Assembly (NCBI GenBank): GCA_964370755.1
Contig: CAYJKL010000001.1
Span: 9,046 to 73,045, forward strand
Direction: 5' to 3'
Origin: an uncultured Muribaculaceae bacterium
GTDB lineage: Bacteria; Bacillota_I; Bacilli_A; RF39; UBA660
Length of the DNA stretch: 64,000 nucleotides
The translations under genes and the position numbers were made by a program. The notes under the pieces are model-generated. The model searched no databases, was not told the DNA's origin, and worked only from the letters and a program-made list of their open reading frames with translations. This document shows positions 8,455 to 17,239 of the stretch, one piece after another; position 1 is the first letter of the stretch; each line of letters opens with the position of its first letter.

Positions 8455-10944
8455 TTACTTACCGCAGCAACTTTTATGTTTTTTGCCACTTCCGCATGGA
8501 CACATTTCATTTCTTCCTACTTTTTTTGCAACTCTTTTAGGAGCATTTTTTACTGTATCCTTTCCAGAATTATCATTCCCACTTAATGTTTGTTTTCTTT
8601 CAATATTTTGTCTTATTTCTGCTTTTAATAGAAACATTGCTGTTTCAGAATTTATTCTCTCGATAAATTTATCAAAAAGTTCAAATCCTTCCATTGTATA
8701 TGCTTGTACTGGATTTACTTGTGCATAACTTCTTAGAGTTATACCTTCTTTTAGATGCTCCATTGCACTCATATGATTAACCCAGTTAGTATCAATTATT
8801 CTAAGAGATATTGCTTTTTCAAATTCAGTTTTTACTGGAGCATTTATCATTTTTTCATCATAATCTTTAATTATTTTCTCTGATATATAATTTGGAAGTT
8901 CTCCTTCATTAATATCTTTAATGTCTTCAATATTTATTTTTTCTTTTTTCAAGTAATTTGCATTTACAAATTCTAAAATATCTTCTTTATCTTTATCTGT
9001 TAGATATCCTTCTGGTTCAATATGATTTTGACAAAGAGTTTCGATTACTTCTTTAAATAATTCAATTATAGTTTCTGATATAGATTCATTATCTAATATT
9101 TCATTTCTTCTGTCATATATAATTTCTCTTTGCTCGTTTAAAACATTATCATAATCTAGTAAACTTTTTCTGTAATCGTAATTATTACCTTCTACTTTTT
9201 TCTGTGCTGTTTCAATACTTCTTGTAAAAGTTTTACTTCTAATTGATTGATCTCCAGTAACTCCAATTGCTTCTAACATTCCTTTAATTCTGTCTGTTCC
9301 AAATTTTCTCATTAAGTCGTCTTCGAACGATACAAAAAACTGACTCATACCAGGGTCCCCTTGACGACCTGCTCTACCACGTAACTGGTTATCTATTCTT
9401 CGTGATTCATGTCTTTCAGTTCCGATAACACATAAACCACCTAGTTCTTTTATTCCTTCTCCTAGTTTAATGTCAGTACCACGACCTGCCATATTAGTTG
9501 CAAGCGTTATAGAACCTTTGTCTCCTGCTTTAGCAATTATATCTGCTTCTCTTTCATGATTTTTAGCATTTAGTATTTCGTGTTTTAAATTTTCTCTTTT
9601 TAATACTTTACTTAATTCTTCATTGGCCTCTACAGAAATTGTTCCTATTAATATAGGTTGTCCTTTTTCATGTATTTCTCTAATGAATTTTACTATTGCT
9701 TGATTTTTACCTTTAATATTTGAGTATACAAGATCTGCATAATCTTCTCTTTGTATTGGTTTGTTTGTAGGAATAGTTATAACATACATATTATATACAT
9801 TTCTAAATTCTTCTTCTTCTGTTTTTGCAGTACCCGTCATACCTGATAATTTGTTATACATTCTAAAAAGATTTTGAAATGTAATTGTAGCCATCGTTCT
9901 TGTTTCTGTATTTATTTTAACATTTTCTTTAGCTTCTATCGCTTGATGTAATCCTTCGCTGTACTGTCTTCCATGCATAAGTCTTCCAGTAAATTGGTCT
10001 ACTATAATTACTTCATTTTCTTCTACAACATAGTCAACATCTTTTTTAAAACCAAAGTTTGCTTTTAATGCTTGATTTAATCTATGAACAAATCCTGTAT
10101 TATCTAAATTATATAAATTTGTTAAATTTGTTAATTTTTCGACTTTTTTAACTCCATCTTCAGTTAGAGATACATTTTTAGTTTTTTCATCTGTTACATA
10201 GTCAGTATCTATTTTTAATGATTTTGCTAGTTTATCAACTTCCATATATTGATTACTTACATTTACTTTTCCTCCACTTATTATAAGAGGCGTTCTTGCT
10301 TCATCTATTAATATTGAATCTACTTCATCTATGATACAAAAATTTAATTTTCTTTGTGCTCTATCTTCTTTTCTTACTACCATATTATCTCTTAAGTAGT
10401 CGAATCCAATTTCATTATTAGTTGAATATGTAATATCGCAGTTATATACTTCTTTTTTTTCTTTAGGTGATAACGCTCTTAAGTTTACCCCTACTGTAAT
10501 TCCTAGAAGATCATAAACTGGTTTCATCCATTCGGCATTTCTTTCAGATAGATATTCATTAGTTGTTACTACATGTACACCTAAACCTGTTAGTGCATTA
10601 GCATATGCTGGTAGCGTTGTTGTTAGAGTTTTACCTTCACCCGTTTTCATTTCTGCTATGTTTCCATAATGTATAGCAAGCCCACCTAGAATTTGAACTC
10701 TGTAGTGTTTTTCACCAATTGTTCTTGATGCAGCTTCACGGCAAAGCGCAAATGCTCTTACTAAAATGTCATCAAGCTCAGCACCTTCTTCTAATTCTTT
10801 TTTTAAGTCAGCTGTTATTAGCGCAAAATCTTTATCCTTTAACTTTTGCATCTCTTCATCTAACGCTTCTATTTCATCAGCTAGTTTTTCAAACCTTTTT
10901 AATTCTTTATATTCTGTGTCAAATATTTTTTTAAGTAATTTCAT
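8455..10944 (-). CDS. secA: Preprotein translocase ATPase SecA
   Basis: 829 aa. DEAD-like motor motifs (MKTGEGKTL, IIDEVDSILIDEARTPLIISG) and the C-terminal zinc finger CPCGSGKKHKSCCGK. Confidence 0.95.
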   Translation of the reverse strand: MKLLKKIFDTEYKELKRFEKLADEIEALDEEMQKLKDKDFALITADLKKELEEGAELDDILVRAFALCREAASRTIGEKHYRVQILGGLAIHYGNIAEMKTGEGKTLTTTLPAYANALTGLGVHVVTTNEYLSERNAEWMKPVYDLLGITVGVNLRALSPKEKKEVYNCDITYSTNNEIGFDYLRDNMVVRKEDRAQRKLNFCIIDEVDSILIDEARTPLIISGGKVNVSNQYMEVDKLAKSLKIDTDYVTDEKTKNVSLTEDGVKKVEKLTNLTNLYNLDNTGFVHRLNQALKANFGFKKDVDYVVEENEVIIVDQFTGRLMHGRQYSEGLHQAIEAKENVKINTETRTMATITFQNLFRMYNKLSGMTGTAKTEEEEFRNVYNMYVITIPTNKPIQREDYADLVYSNIKGKNQAIVKFIREIHEKGQPILIGTISVEANEELSKVLKRENLKHEILNAKNHEREADIIAKAGDKGSITLATNMAGRGTDIKLGEGIKELGGLCVIGTERHESRRIDNQLRGRAGRQGDPGMSQFFVSFEDDLMRKFGTDRIKGMLEAIGVTGDQSIRSKTFTRSIETAQKKVEGNNYDYRKSLLDYDNVLNEQREIIYDRRNEILDNESISETIIELFKEVIETLCQNHIEPEGYLTDKDKEDILEFVNANYLKKEKINIEDIKDINEGELPNYISEKIIKDYDEKMINAPVKTEFEKAISLRIIDTNWVNHMSAMEHLKEGITLRSYAQVNPVQAYTMEGFELFDKFIERINSETAMFLLKAEIRQNIERKQTLSGNDNSGKDTVKNAPKRVAKKVGRNEMCPCGSGKKHKSCCGK

Positions 10945-11127
10945 CTTATCTCCTTGTGAAACTATTATATCAAAAAAAGTTACTGATTACCAATAACTTT
11001 TTATTTTATTTTAATATTAATTGATATTTTGATTTATATAATTTTATATTGTTGATGCTGAAACTTGAGTTTCATCACTTGATTTTATATATAAAAAATC
11101 GCTAATAATAGGTATTTTTTTTATTTT

Positions 11128-11889
11128 TTATATAGTTACAGTACTAGTTTCTGGAGTTGTTGCTCCTCCGTCTATTATAAATTCTTGTCCTGTTATGTAA
11201 CTAGACTCTTCGCTTGCTAAAAATGCTGCTAGTTCTCCAAGTTCTTCTATTGTTCCTAATCTTCTCATAGGAATACCTGCCGCTATACCTTTTATTACTG
11301 ATTCTGGATTTTCTTTATTAGTATCTTTTGCTATACCTTCTACCATTGGAGTCAATATATAACCAGGTAATATTGCATTACATCTGATTCTATCAACAAA
11401 TTCCATTGCTATTCCTTTTGTAAAACCAATAAGTGCTGCTTTTGTTGTTGCATAAGCAACTTCTCCTGGATCTGCTACTTTCGGCCCTGTTACACTTGAT
11501 AAATTTACAATACTTCCTTTTTTCATATATGGTATTACCGACCTTGTAACATTCCAAGTGCCCTTTATATTAATGTCAAAATGATAATCTCTTATTTCTT
11601 CAGTTGTTTCTAAAAATGATACTATCTTTGCAACTCCTGCATTATTTACTAGTATATCTATATTTTCACATTCTTTTGATATCTCAAAAATTGTATCTAC
11701 TACTTTTTCATTATCTCTAATATCAATTTTATATCCTTTTACACCTAGTTTAACGGCTGTATTTATTGTTTCGTTATCATAATCTATGATATATACTTTA
11801 GCCCCATACTTTTTAAATATTTTAGCAATACCTAAACCATTACCTTTAGCTCCTCCTGTAATTATTGCAACCTTATTTTCTAATTTCAT
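11128..11889 (-). CDS. Short-chain dehydrogenase/reductase (SDR) family oxidoreductase
   Basis: Rossmann motif ITGGAKGNGLGIA, NNAG, and catalytic YATTKAAL (YxxxK). Confidence 0.85.
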   Translation of the reverse strand: MKLENKVAIITGGAKGNGLGIAKIFKKYGAKVYIIDYDNETINTAVKLGVKGYKIDIRDNEKVVDTIFEISKECENIDILVNNAGVAKIVSFLETTEEIRDYHFDINIKGTWNVTRSVIPYMKKGSIVNLSSVTGPKVADPGEVAYATTKAALIGFTKGIAMEFVDRIRCNAILPGYILTPMVEGIAKDTNKENPESVIKGIAAGIPMRRLGTIEELGELAAFLASEESSYITGQEFIIDGGATTPETSTVTI

Positions 11890-11950
11890 ATCATACCATC
11901 CTTTATTTTATTATAATATTTTTAAAATAAAAAGAGAAGACGTTAATCTT

Positions 11951-12475
11951 CTACTTTACATTTATTATACCGAATTTTTCATCTTTTCTTTTATAGATAA
12001 CTGATACACATTCTTCATCTAAATTTTTAAAGACAAAGAAGTCATGGTTAACCAATTGCATTTGAAGAATTGCTTCCTCTTCATCCATTGGTTTTATATC
12101 TAAATTTTTTCTTTTTACTATATCTACTTTTTCTTCTTCTGCTTCAAAATCCATTACCATATCGAATTCTGGAACATTTTTGAATTTCTTTTGAATTTTT
12201 TTCTTATTCTTAGTAATTTGTCTTTCAAGAATGTCAATTACTAAATCAATAGATGCATAAAGATCAGCATGGCTAACCTCTGCTCTTAATAAGAAATACT
12301 TTGTTGGGATTGTAACTTCTACAGTTTGTAAATTATTTTTTACTCGCACATTAATTACGGCTTTAATCTCATCAGTGTTATCAAAGTATCGATCTAATCT
12401 TTTTACCTTTTCTTCTAGGTACTCCTTGATAGCTTTTGTAACAACTAATTTGTCACCGTGTACTTGCAATTTCAT
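11951..12475 (-). CDS. hpf: Ribosome hibernation-promoting factor, long form (YvyD/HPF)
   Basis: 174 aa. N-terminal sigma54-modulation/S30AE fold (MKLQVHGDKLVVTKAIKEYLEEKV) plus a C-terminal dimerisation domain (KPMDEEEAILQMQLVNHDFFVFKN). Confidence 0.9.
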   Translation of the reverse strand: MKLQVHGDKLVVTKAIKEYLEEKVKRLDRYFDNTDEIKAVINVRVKNNLQTVEVTIPTKYFLLRAEVSHADLYASIDLVIDILERQITKNKKKIQKKFKNVPEFDMVMDFEAEEEKVDIVKRKNLDIKPMDEEEAILQMQLVNHDFFVFKNLDEECVSVIYKRKDEKFGIINVK

Positions 12476-12599
12476 AATATCACCTTCCTACTATCAGTAT
12501 AGCACTTTTTTATAAAAATTTCTATAATTTTTTGTAGTTTTACACTTTACTATAAATAATTAAGTTTAAATATATATAATAAAATATAATACCGGGGTT

Positions 12600-12620
12600 A
12601 AAAAAACTGCCAATGGCAGT
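12600..12620 (-). terminator. Intrinsic terminator downstream of csp
   Basis: Minus strand reads ACTGCCATTGGCAGT followed by TTTTTTT, 7 nt after the csp stop. Confidence 0.6.
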
Positions 12621-12626
12621 GTACTA

Positions 12627-12839
12627 CTAAACTTCGACAGTTTGTTGTTCTTCTACTTCAATAGCTTGTAATCCCTTGGAAGTTTCGATTAATTTAAAAT
12701 TTACGAAAGTTCCTTCTTCTAAAGTCTTATAGCCTTCTTTGATGATTGCGGAATAATGCACAAAGATATCTTCTAGGTCTTGGTATTCTATGAACCCATA
12801 ACCTTTTTCATTGTTGAACCATTTAACTCTACCCTTCAA
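12627..12839 (-). CDS. Cold-shock protein, CspA family
   Basis: KGRVKWFNNEKGYGFIE (RNP1) and VHYSAI (RNP2-like). The likely start is TTG at 12839 (MKGRVKWF), 6 nt after GAGGTG. The tracked GTG at 12848 sits inside the SD. Confidence 0.9.
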   Translation of the reverse strand: MKGRVKWFNNEKGYGFIEYQDLEDIFVHYSAIIKEGYKTLEEGTFVNFKLIETSKGLQAIEVEEQQTVEV

Positions 12840-13130
12840 ACTCAACACCTCTTTTCTTCTAGATTTTAAAACATAACACAGGAAAATGTCTCTGAAAAAT
12901 TAAGTAAGTATATATATCGTTGACATCTTCAACCACGACCTTATTATAACTTATATAATATGTCATATCTTGATATTTGTTTCAAACATAATTTTCTTGT
13001 ACTAAGTTTTTATATAATTTACAAAATGAAAACTATACTTATAAAATTGTCATTTTTTGGTAATTTAAGTCGACTTCGTAATTTATTTTATTTTTAAATG
13101 ATAAAATTATTAACGTAATAAGGAAGAATT

Positions 13131-13736
13131 ATGAATAAAAAATTTGCAGACTTTGTAATTAGTAACATTAAAAAAAAGCAAGTTTTATCTGAACGCGATG
13201 AACGTATTTGTAGATATACACTTGAAGGACTATTTAGTTTTTTTACTAAAATAATTGTCATAATTGTCATATCTATTTTTCTTGGAACCATTTTTGAAAC
13301 ATTATTATTGTTTTTACTTTATGGCTTTCTTCGCTCAGTTGGTTTTGGAATTCATGCTTCTAAAGATATATATTGTTGGATTTCTAGTATTATCATTTAT
13401 GTAATAACACCTTTTGCAGTTAAATTTTTAGTAATCCCTACTGAAACATATTATATTTGCTTTATTATATTTTCAATATTGTTAGTAATCTATTCACCAG
13501 CAGATACTCCAAAAAGACCTTTAATTAGATCTGAGAAGCGAGCTCGCAATAAAATGTTAGTATCATTTATTTTACTAATATTTGTATTGTTAACAATATT
13601 GCTTGATAGTATATTACTGGAAAACGCTATTTTGATTTCTATGACACTTCAAATGGTATGCGTTATTCCACTTACATATAAAATATTTAATACTAGGTAC
13701 AATAATTATTTGTACTACAAACCCACTATGGTTTAA
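13131..13736 (+). CDS. agrB: AgrB-family accessory gene regulator protein B (autoinducing-peptide processing endopeptidase)
   Basis: Polytopic membrane protein. FLRSVGFGIHASKDIYCWISS reproduces the AgrB catalytic His-x6-Cys pair (H77/C84 in S. aureus). YSPADTPKRPL matches the conserved YAPAATKKKPI loop. Confidence 0.85.
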   Translation: MNKKFADFVISNIKKKQVLSERDERICRYTLEGLFSFFTKIIVIIVISIFLGTIFETLLLFLLYGFLRSVGFGIHASKDIYCWISSIIIYVITPFAVKFLVIPTETYYICFIIFSILLVIYSPADTPKRPLIRSEKRARNKMLVSFILLIFVLLTILLDSILLENAILISMTLQMVCVIPLTYKIFNTRYNNYLYYKPTMV

Positions 13737-13769
13737 ATGATTATATATTTAAGCAGGAAGGAGGACATA

Positions 13770-13874
13770 ATGTTAGTAGATATTTTAAAAAATATTTCAG
13801 AAAGTCAAGGTAAAGAAGCATATACAATCTTATGGATTTTTGATGAACCAGCGTGTCCTGAAGAATTATTATAA
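13770..13874 (+). CDS. agrD: AgrD-like autoinducing peptide precursor (34 aa), absent from the ORF track
   Basis: ATG at 13770 is preceded by GGAAGGAGG and lies 33 nt after agrB. Translation: MLVDILKNISESQGKEAYTILWIFDEPACPEELL. It has an amphipathic leader, a hydrophobic core and an acidic tail with P-E-E-L, as in AgrD propeptides. Confidence 0.65.
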   Translation: MLVDILKNISESQGKEAYTILWIFDEPACPEELL

Positions 13875-13877
13875 TTT

Positions 13878-13905
13878 AAAACCACTTATTATAGTGGTTT
13901 TTTGT
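13878..13905. terminator. Bidirectional intrinsic terminator between convergent agrBD and the histidine kinase gene
   Basis: AAAACCACT-tattat-AGTGGTTTT followed by TTGTTT. It overlaps the last codons of the kinase gene. Confidence 0.6.
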
Positions 13906-15154
13906 TTATAGTAAATCTTATTTTAAACTCATCATTTATAATACTGATATCGTGATTTATTTCTTTTATTTTTTTTAAACTAAATAAACCAATACCTGAT
14001 GCTTTTTTCTTTACTGAATAATCTTTTTCTCCGAGCATATCAATATCTAAATTATGATTAAAATTATTTCTTATAGAAATTATTATATGATTTTCATTTT
14101 CTTTAAAAATTATATTGATATAAGGGTCTTTAGTATTTATATTTGCCTCAATCACATTGTCTAAACATATACCTATACATTCTATTAATTTGCTAAATTT
14201 AATGATTCCTAGTTCTTTGATAAGATCTGAATCAAGTGCATTTACAACTATTATTCTAATTTGCTCATGCTTATATAGTTTATCATAAAAAATAGTTAAC
14301 ATGTTTTCAGGAATATTACCAAAATGAACTGAGTTTTGGTACTGAATGAATTCATCACATATTATATTATCTATTAACTTTGTTACATTTTTATCACTTA
14401 TTGATTTTATAGCTAATAACTTATTTCTGATATTATGCCTATAGATCTGATCTTCCTCTATTTTTTTTAGATATTTCTTATTCAGATTAGTGAGTTGAAC
14501 TTTTTTGTCTTTGTGTTTTTCGAACAGCACATATTGAAATTGGATTATCAAAATAAAAGTACCATAAAGTATCGATAACATTGTAAAATATATTATGTTA
14601 TCACTTAAACTAATTGTTTCATATATTATTCCTGATATTAATATTAGCACTATTATCTCGAATATTATAAATATTTTATTTACTAAAATTTCACTAATCA
14701 TTTTTGATAGCCTTTTCATTTTTTCTCTTGTTGATTTAATATTTACTAAAATTATCATGAATAATAATGTTCCATAATTAAATACGATTGCTAACAAAGA
14801 GGAATGACTGTTTAAGTAATTGTTATAATTAATTTCAAGTACAGTTAGTATTATTCCTATAATTAAATCTATAACCAGCAATAAACTTACTAATAAAAGT
14901 GCATTAGCTATACTATTTTGTAATTTAAATTTTAAAATGAAATAGTTTATAGATATGTATACCATTATGAGTATCGTAGCCCTTATTACTTCGTTAACTG
15001 CTGTATATGAATAAAATACAGCAAAACTTAGTAGTACTATATAGATTAAATTTTTAATACTAAATTTTATTTTAATATCTTTTAATTTAGACAGAAAATA
15101 ACATACAGTTAAAACCATAATGACTGATCTATTAAATAGTAAAATAGAGTCCAT
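13889..15154 (-). CDS. AgrC-like (HPK10 family) sensor histidine kinase
   Basis: About 200 aa of multiple TM helices, then an H-box YRHNIRNKLLAI and a GHKL ATPase (N-box DNVIEANIN, G-box KKKASGIGLFSLKKI). Confidence 0.75.
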   Translation of the reverse strand: MDSILLFNRSVIMVLTVCYFLSKLKDIKIKFSIKNLIYIVLLSFAVFYSYTAVNEVIRATILIMVYISINYFILKFKLQNSIANALLLVSLLLVIDLIIGIILTVLEINYNNYLNSHSSLLAIVFNYGTLLFMIILVNIKSTREKMKRLSKMISEILVNKIFIIFEIIVLILISGIIYETISLSDNIIYFTMLSILYGTFILIIQFQYVLFEKHKDKKVQLTNLNKKYLKKIEEDQIYRHNIRNKLLAIKSISDKNVTKLIDNIICDEFIQYQNSVHFGNIPENMLTIFYDKLYKHEQIRIIVVNALDSDLIKELGIIKFSKLIECIGICLDNVIEANINTKDPYINIIFKENENHIIISIRNNFNHNLDIDMLGEKDYSVKKKASGIGLFSLKKIKEINHDISIINDEFKIRFTINKKPL

Positions 15155-15155
15155 T

Positions 15156-15863
15156 TTAGTCCTCTATGTTACTTTTATATTTTTTTGATAAAAGGTTGAC
15201 TGATTCTTTATTATCTAACACAAATGTATTGCTACCCCATTGGTATTCGATTACTCTATCTTTGTTTACTATACACGCTCTATGTGCAAATGCAAATCTT
15301 TTATCTAACATTGTTAAAATTTCTTGTAAGCTTAAACTAACTGAATAATTGTTTTTATCAGTTACAATACAAAGCTTTCTATCAGATGTATCTCTATAGA
15401 TATATAAAATTGTATTCAAAAATAAAGAGAGATGTGCACTTCTAGATGAATACTTAAACATTTGATTGTCAAAATCTCTTTTTAAAATTTTATCAATATC
15501 TTTTTCTAGTCTAGTTTCAAATTCGTGAAATTTTTCGATGAAGTCAAAAATGTTATATGTGCTTCTGTACACTGTTTCAAACATTTTATCATGGTTGGTT
15601 ACGAAAATTATTTCACTATTCCAGTCAATCTCTCTTATTTGTTCGGCTATCTCTATGCCTGATGTTTTTGTTTTTAAGCTTATATCTAATATGTAAACCT
15701 TTTTATATTCTCTATCTTTAATTTCTTCTTCAAGCTTTTCATCATAACAATCAAAGTTTTTAATCTCGATTTCTTCTTCGATTTTAAAACTTAGTTTACT
15801 TATTACCTTGTTAATTATTTCTTTGTCTTTTTTGTCATCTTCTACTACTATAAATCTAATCAT
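15156..15863 (-). CDS. LytTR-family response regulator (AgrA-like)
   Basis: Receiver domain (MIRFIVVEDDKKD..., YILDISL) plus a C-terminal LytTR domain (FAFAHRACIVNKDRVIEY). I chose the start at 15863, which follows AAGGTGG. Confidence 0.85.
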   Translation of the reverse strand: MIRFIVVEDDKKDKEIINKVISKLSFKIEEEIEIKNFDCYDEKLEEEIKDREYKKVYILDISLKTKTSGIEIAEQIREIDWNSEIIFVTNHDKMFETVYRSTYNIFDFIEKFHEFETRLEKDIDKILKRDFDNQMFKYSSRSAHLSLFLNTILYIYRDTSDRKLCIVTDKNNYSVSLSLQEILTMLDKRFAFAHRACIVNKDRVIEYQWGSNTFVLDNKESVNLLSKKYKSNIED

Positions 15864-15933
15864 AATTCTGCCACCTTCTTGGAGTAAAATACCCAAGTAA
15901 ATTATAGCATAAATTGGCAAAAAATGGAAGTTT

Positions 15934-16524
15934 TTATTTTCCGTTTTTTTCTTTTATTTGCTGGGAAAAATAACTATATTTGATATCAAATATATATTCG
16001 TTTTCTTTAGTAAAATTTTGGTCTATATTTTTATTAATTCCAAATATATATGTTGCTTTATTTTTAGTTATTTTTCTTATATAGTTAATTAGTTCTTCTT
16101 CACTAAATAAATTGTGATCTATTAATTTTACTTCATCTTTATTAAATTCATTTTTATAGTAAATAATTGTGTATGTATTTAAATTATTTATATACACTTT
16201 GTTTTTTTCTATGTTGATAAGTTTTTTATCTAATATAAACTCTATATCTTTATAAGATTGTTTATTTAGTATATCAGTTATTAACATTTTATCAACATTT
16301 GTAAAATATATGTTTGTAATTACAATAATTTTTTCTAGAAATATGCTAGATTTTATTTTATTTTCTTTTAGAAATATTTCAAATAGTTTTGTAAACTTAA
16401 TCGGATTTTTTATTATTCCAAACATAGTTATGTCTTTAGGTAGTTTTTTTATATATATTTTATCATGTTTATAACTATAATAATTTATTACATTGTCTTC
16501 TAAATATAAAATGTTTTTTTTCAT
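15934..16524 (-). CDS. Hypothetical protein (196 aa)
   Basis: ORF co-oriented between the SpoIIQ-like gene and the response regulator. No recognisable motif. Confidence 0.4.
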   Translation of the reverse strand: MKKNILYLEDNVINYYSYKHDKIYIKKLPKDITMFGIIKNPIKFTKLFEIFLKENKIKSSIFLEKIIVITNIYFTNVDKMLITDILNKQSYKDIEFILDKKLINIEKNKVYINNLNTYTIIYYKNEFNKDEVKLIDHNLFSEEELINYIRKITKNKATYIFGINKNIDQNFTKENEYIFDIKYSYFSQQIKEKNGK

Positions 16525-16559
16525 TTTTCCTCCTATTTAAAAAGCCCTAGTGGGCTATT

Positions 16560-17198
16560 TTATTCAAAAGTTTTTAATTCACTTTCATAAAATGTATTTG
16601 GATCTATTGTCTTTCCTTCATAATAGATTTCAAATAATAGTGAACTTCCAGCATTATTTTCTATTTTATTATTTCCACTTTTACCAATTACTTGTCCTGT
16701 TGTTACTGTATCTCCGATATTTACTGTAACTTCACTTAAACTATAGTAATAACTTGTTAGATTATTTGTATGAGTTATTTCTATTACTGCACCTAGTATT
16801 TCATCAGTTGTTATATTTTTGATAGTACCATCAAGTACACTTACAACATCAAATGTATTTTCTGAAGTATATAGTATACCTGTATTTTGCATATAAGTGT
16901 TTTCATAGTATATAAGTGAGTTTGTTTGACCATCTGTTTCATCATCTTTAGAGTAATAATCTTTACTTATTGTAACTGATTCATCTGTGTATGGTTTAAC
17001 AGACTTTTCTTCTACTTCGGATACAACTGGCACTTCATCATCCTGAAGTGAGTCTACTGAGTAATCAAGCTGAGGAGAATCGTCTTCCTCTACTGGAGCA
17101 AGGGATGTTCCTAAAAACATCATAGAAATAAATATCACGGATAATGTCATGATATATAATGTTGGAATTACAAAACTTTTTAATTTTCTTTTTTTCAT
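16560..17198 (-). CDS. SpoIIQ-like membrane protein with a degenerate LytM/M23 peptidase domain
   Basis: N-terminal TM segment (FVIPTLYIMTLSVIFISMMFLGT), with an M23 fold recognisable in VIEITHTNNLTSYYYSLSEVTVNIGDTVTTGQVIGKSG. The metal-binding motifs are replaced: HxGxD becomes NTGIL, and HLHFE becomes LLFEI. It lies directly downstream of spoIID. Start at 17198 after AGGACGGTG. Confidence 0.6.
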   Translation of the reverse strand: MKKRKLKSFVIPTLYIMTLSVIFISMMFLGTSLAPVEEDDSPQLDYSVDSLQDDEVPVVSEVEEKSVKPYTDESVTISKDYYSKDDETDGQTNSLIYYENTYMQNTGILYTSENTFDVVSVLDGTIKNITTDEILGAVIEITHTNNLTSYYYSLSEVTVNIGDTVTTGQVIGKSGNNKIENNAGSSLLFEIYYEGKTIDPNTFYESELKTFE

Positions 17199-17239
17199 AT
17201 TCACCGTCCTAATTAAAGTATGGCGCAATATGTTTTTTC

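Noticed and set aside
12922-12950. Possible plus-strand promoter TTGACA-16 nt-TATTAT in the csp/agrB intergenic region
   Set aside because: It lies about 190 nt upstream of agrB with no supporting feature. It could equally be a chance match in AT-rich DNA or belong to the csp 5' region, and the sequence alone cannot decide.
13094-13291. Tracked 65-aa minus-strand ORF overlapping the agrB start
   Set aside because: It is antisense to agrB and has no RBS. The region is better explained as the agrB 5' end and promoter.
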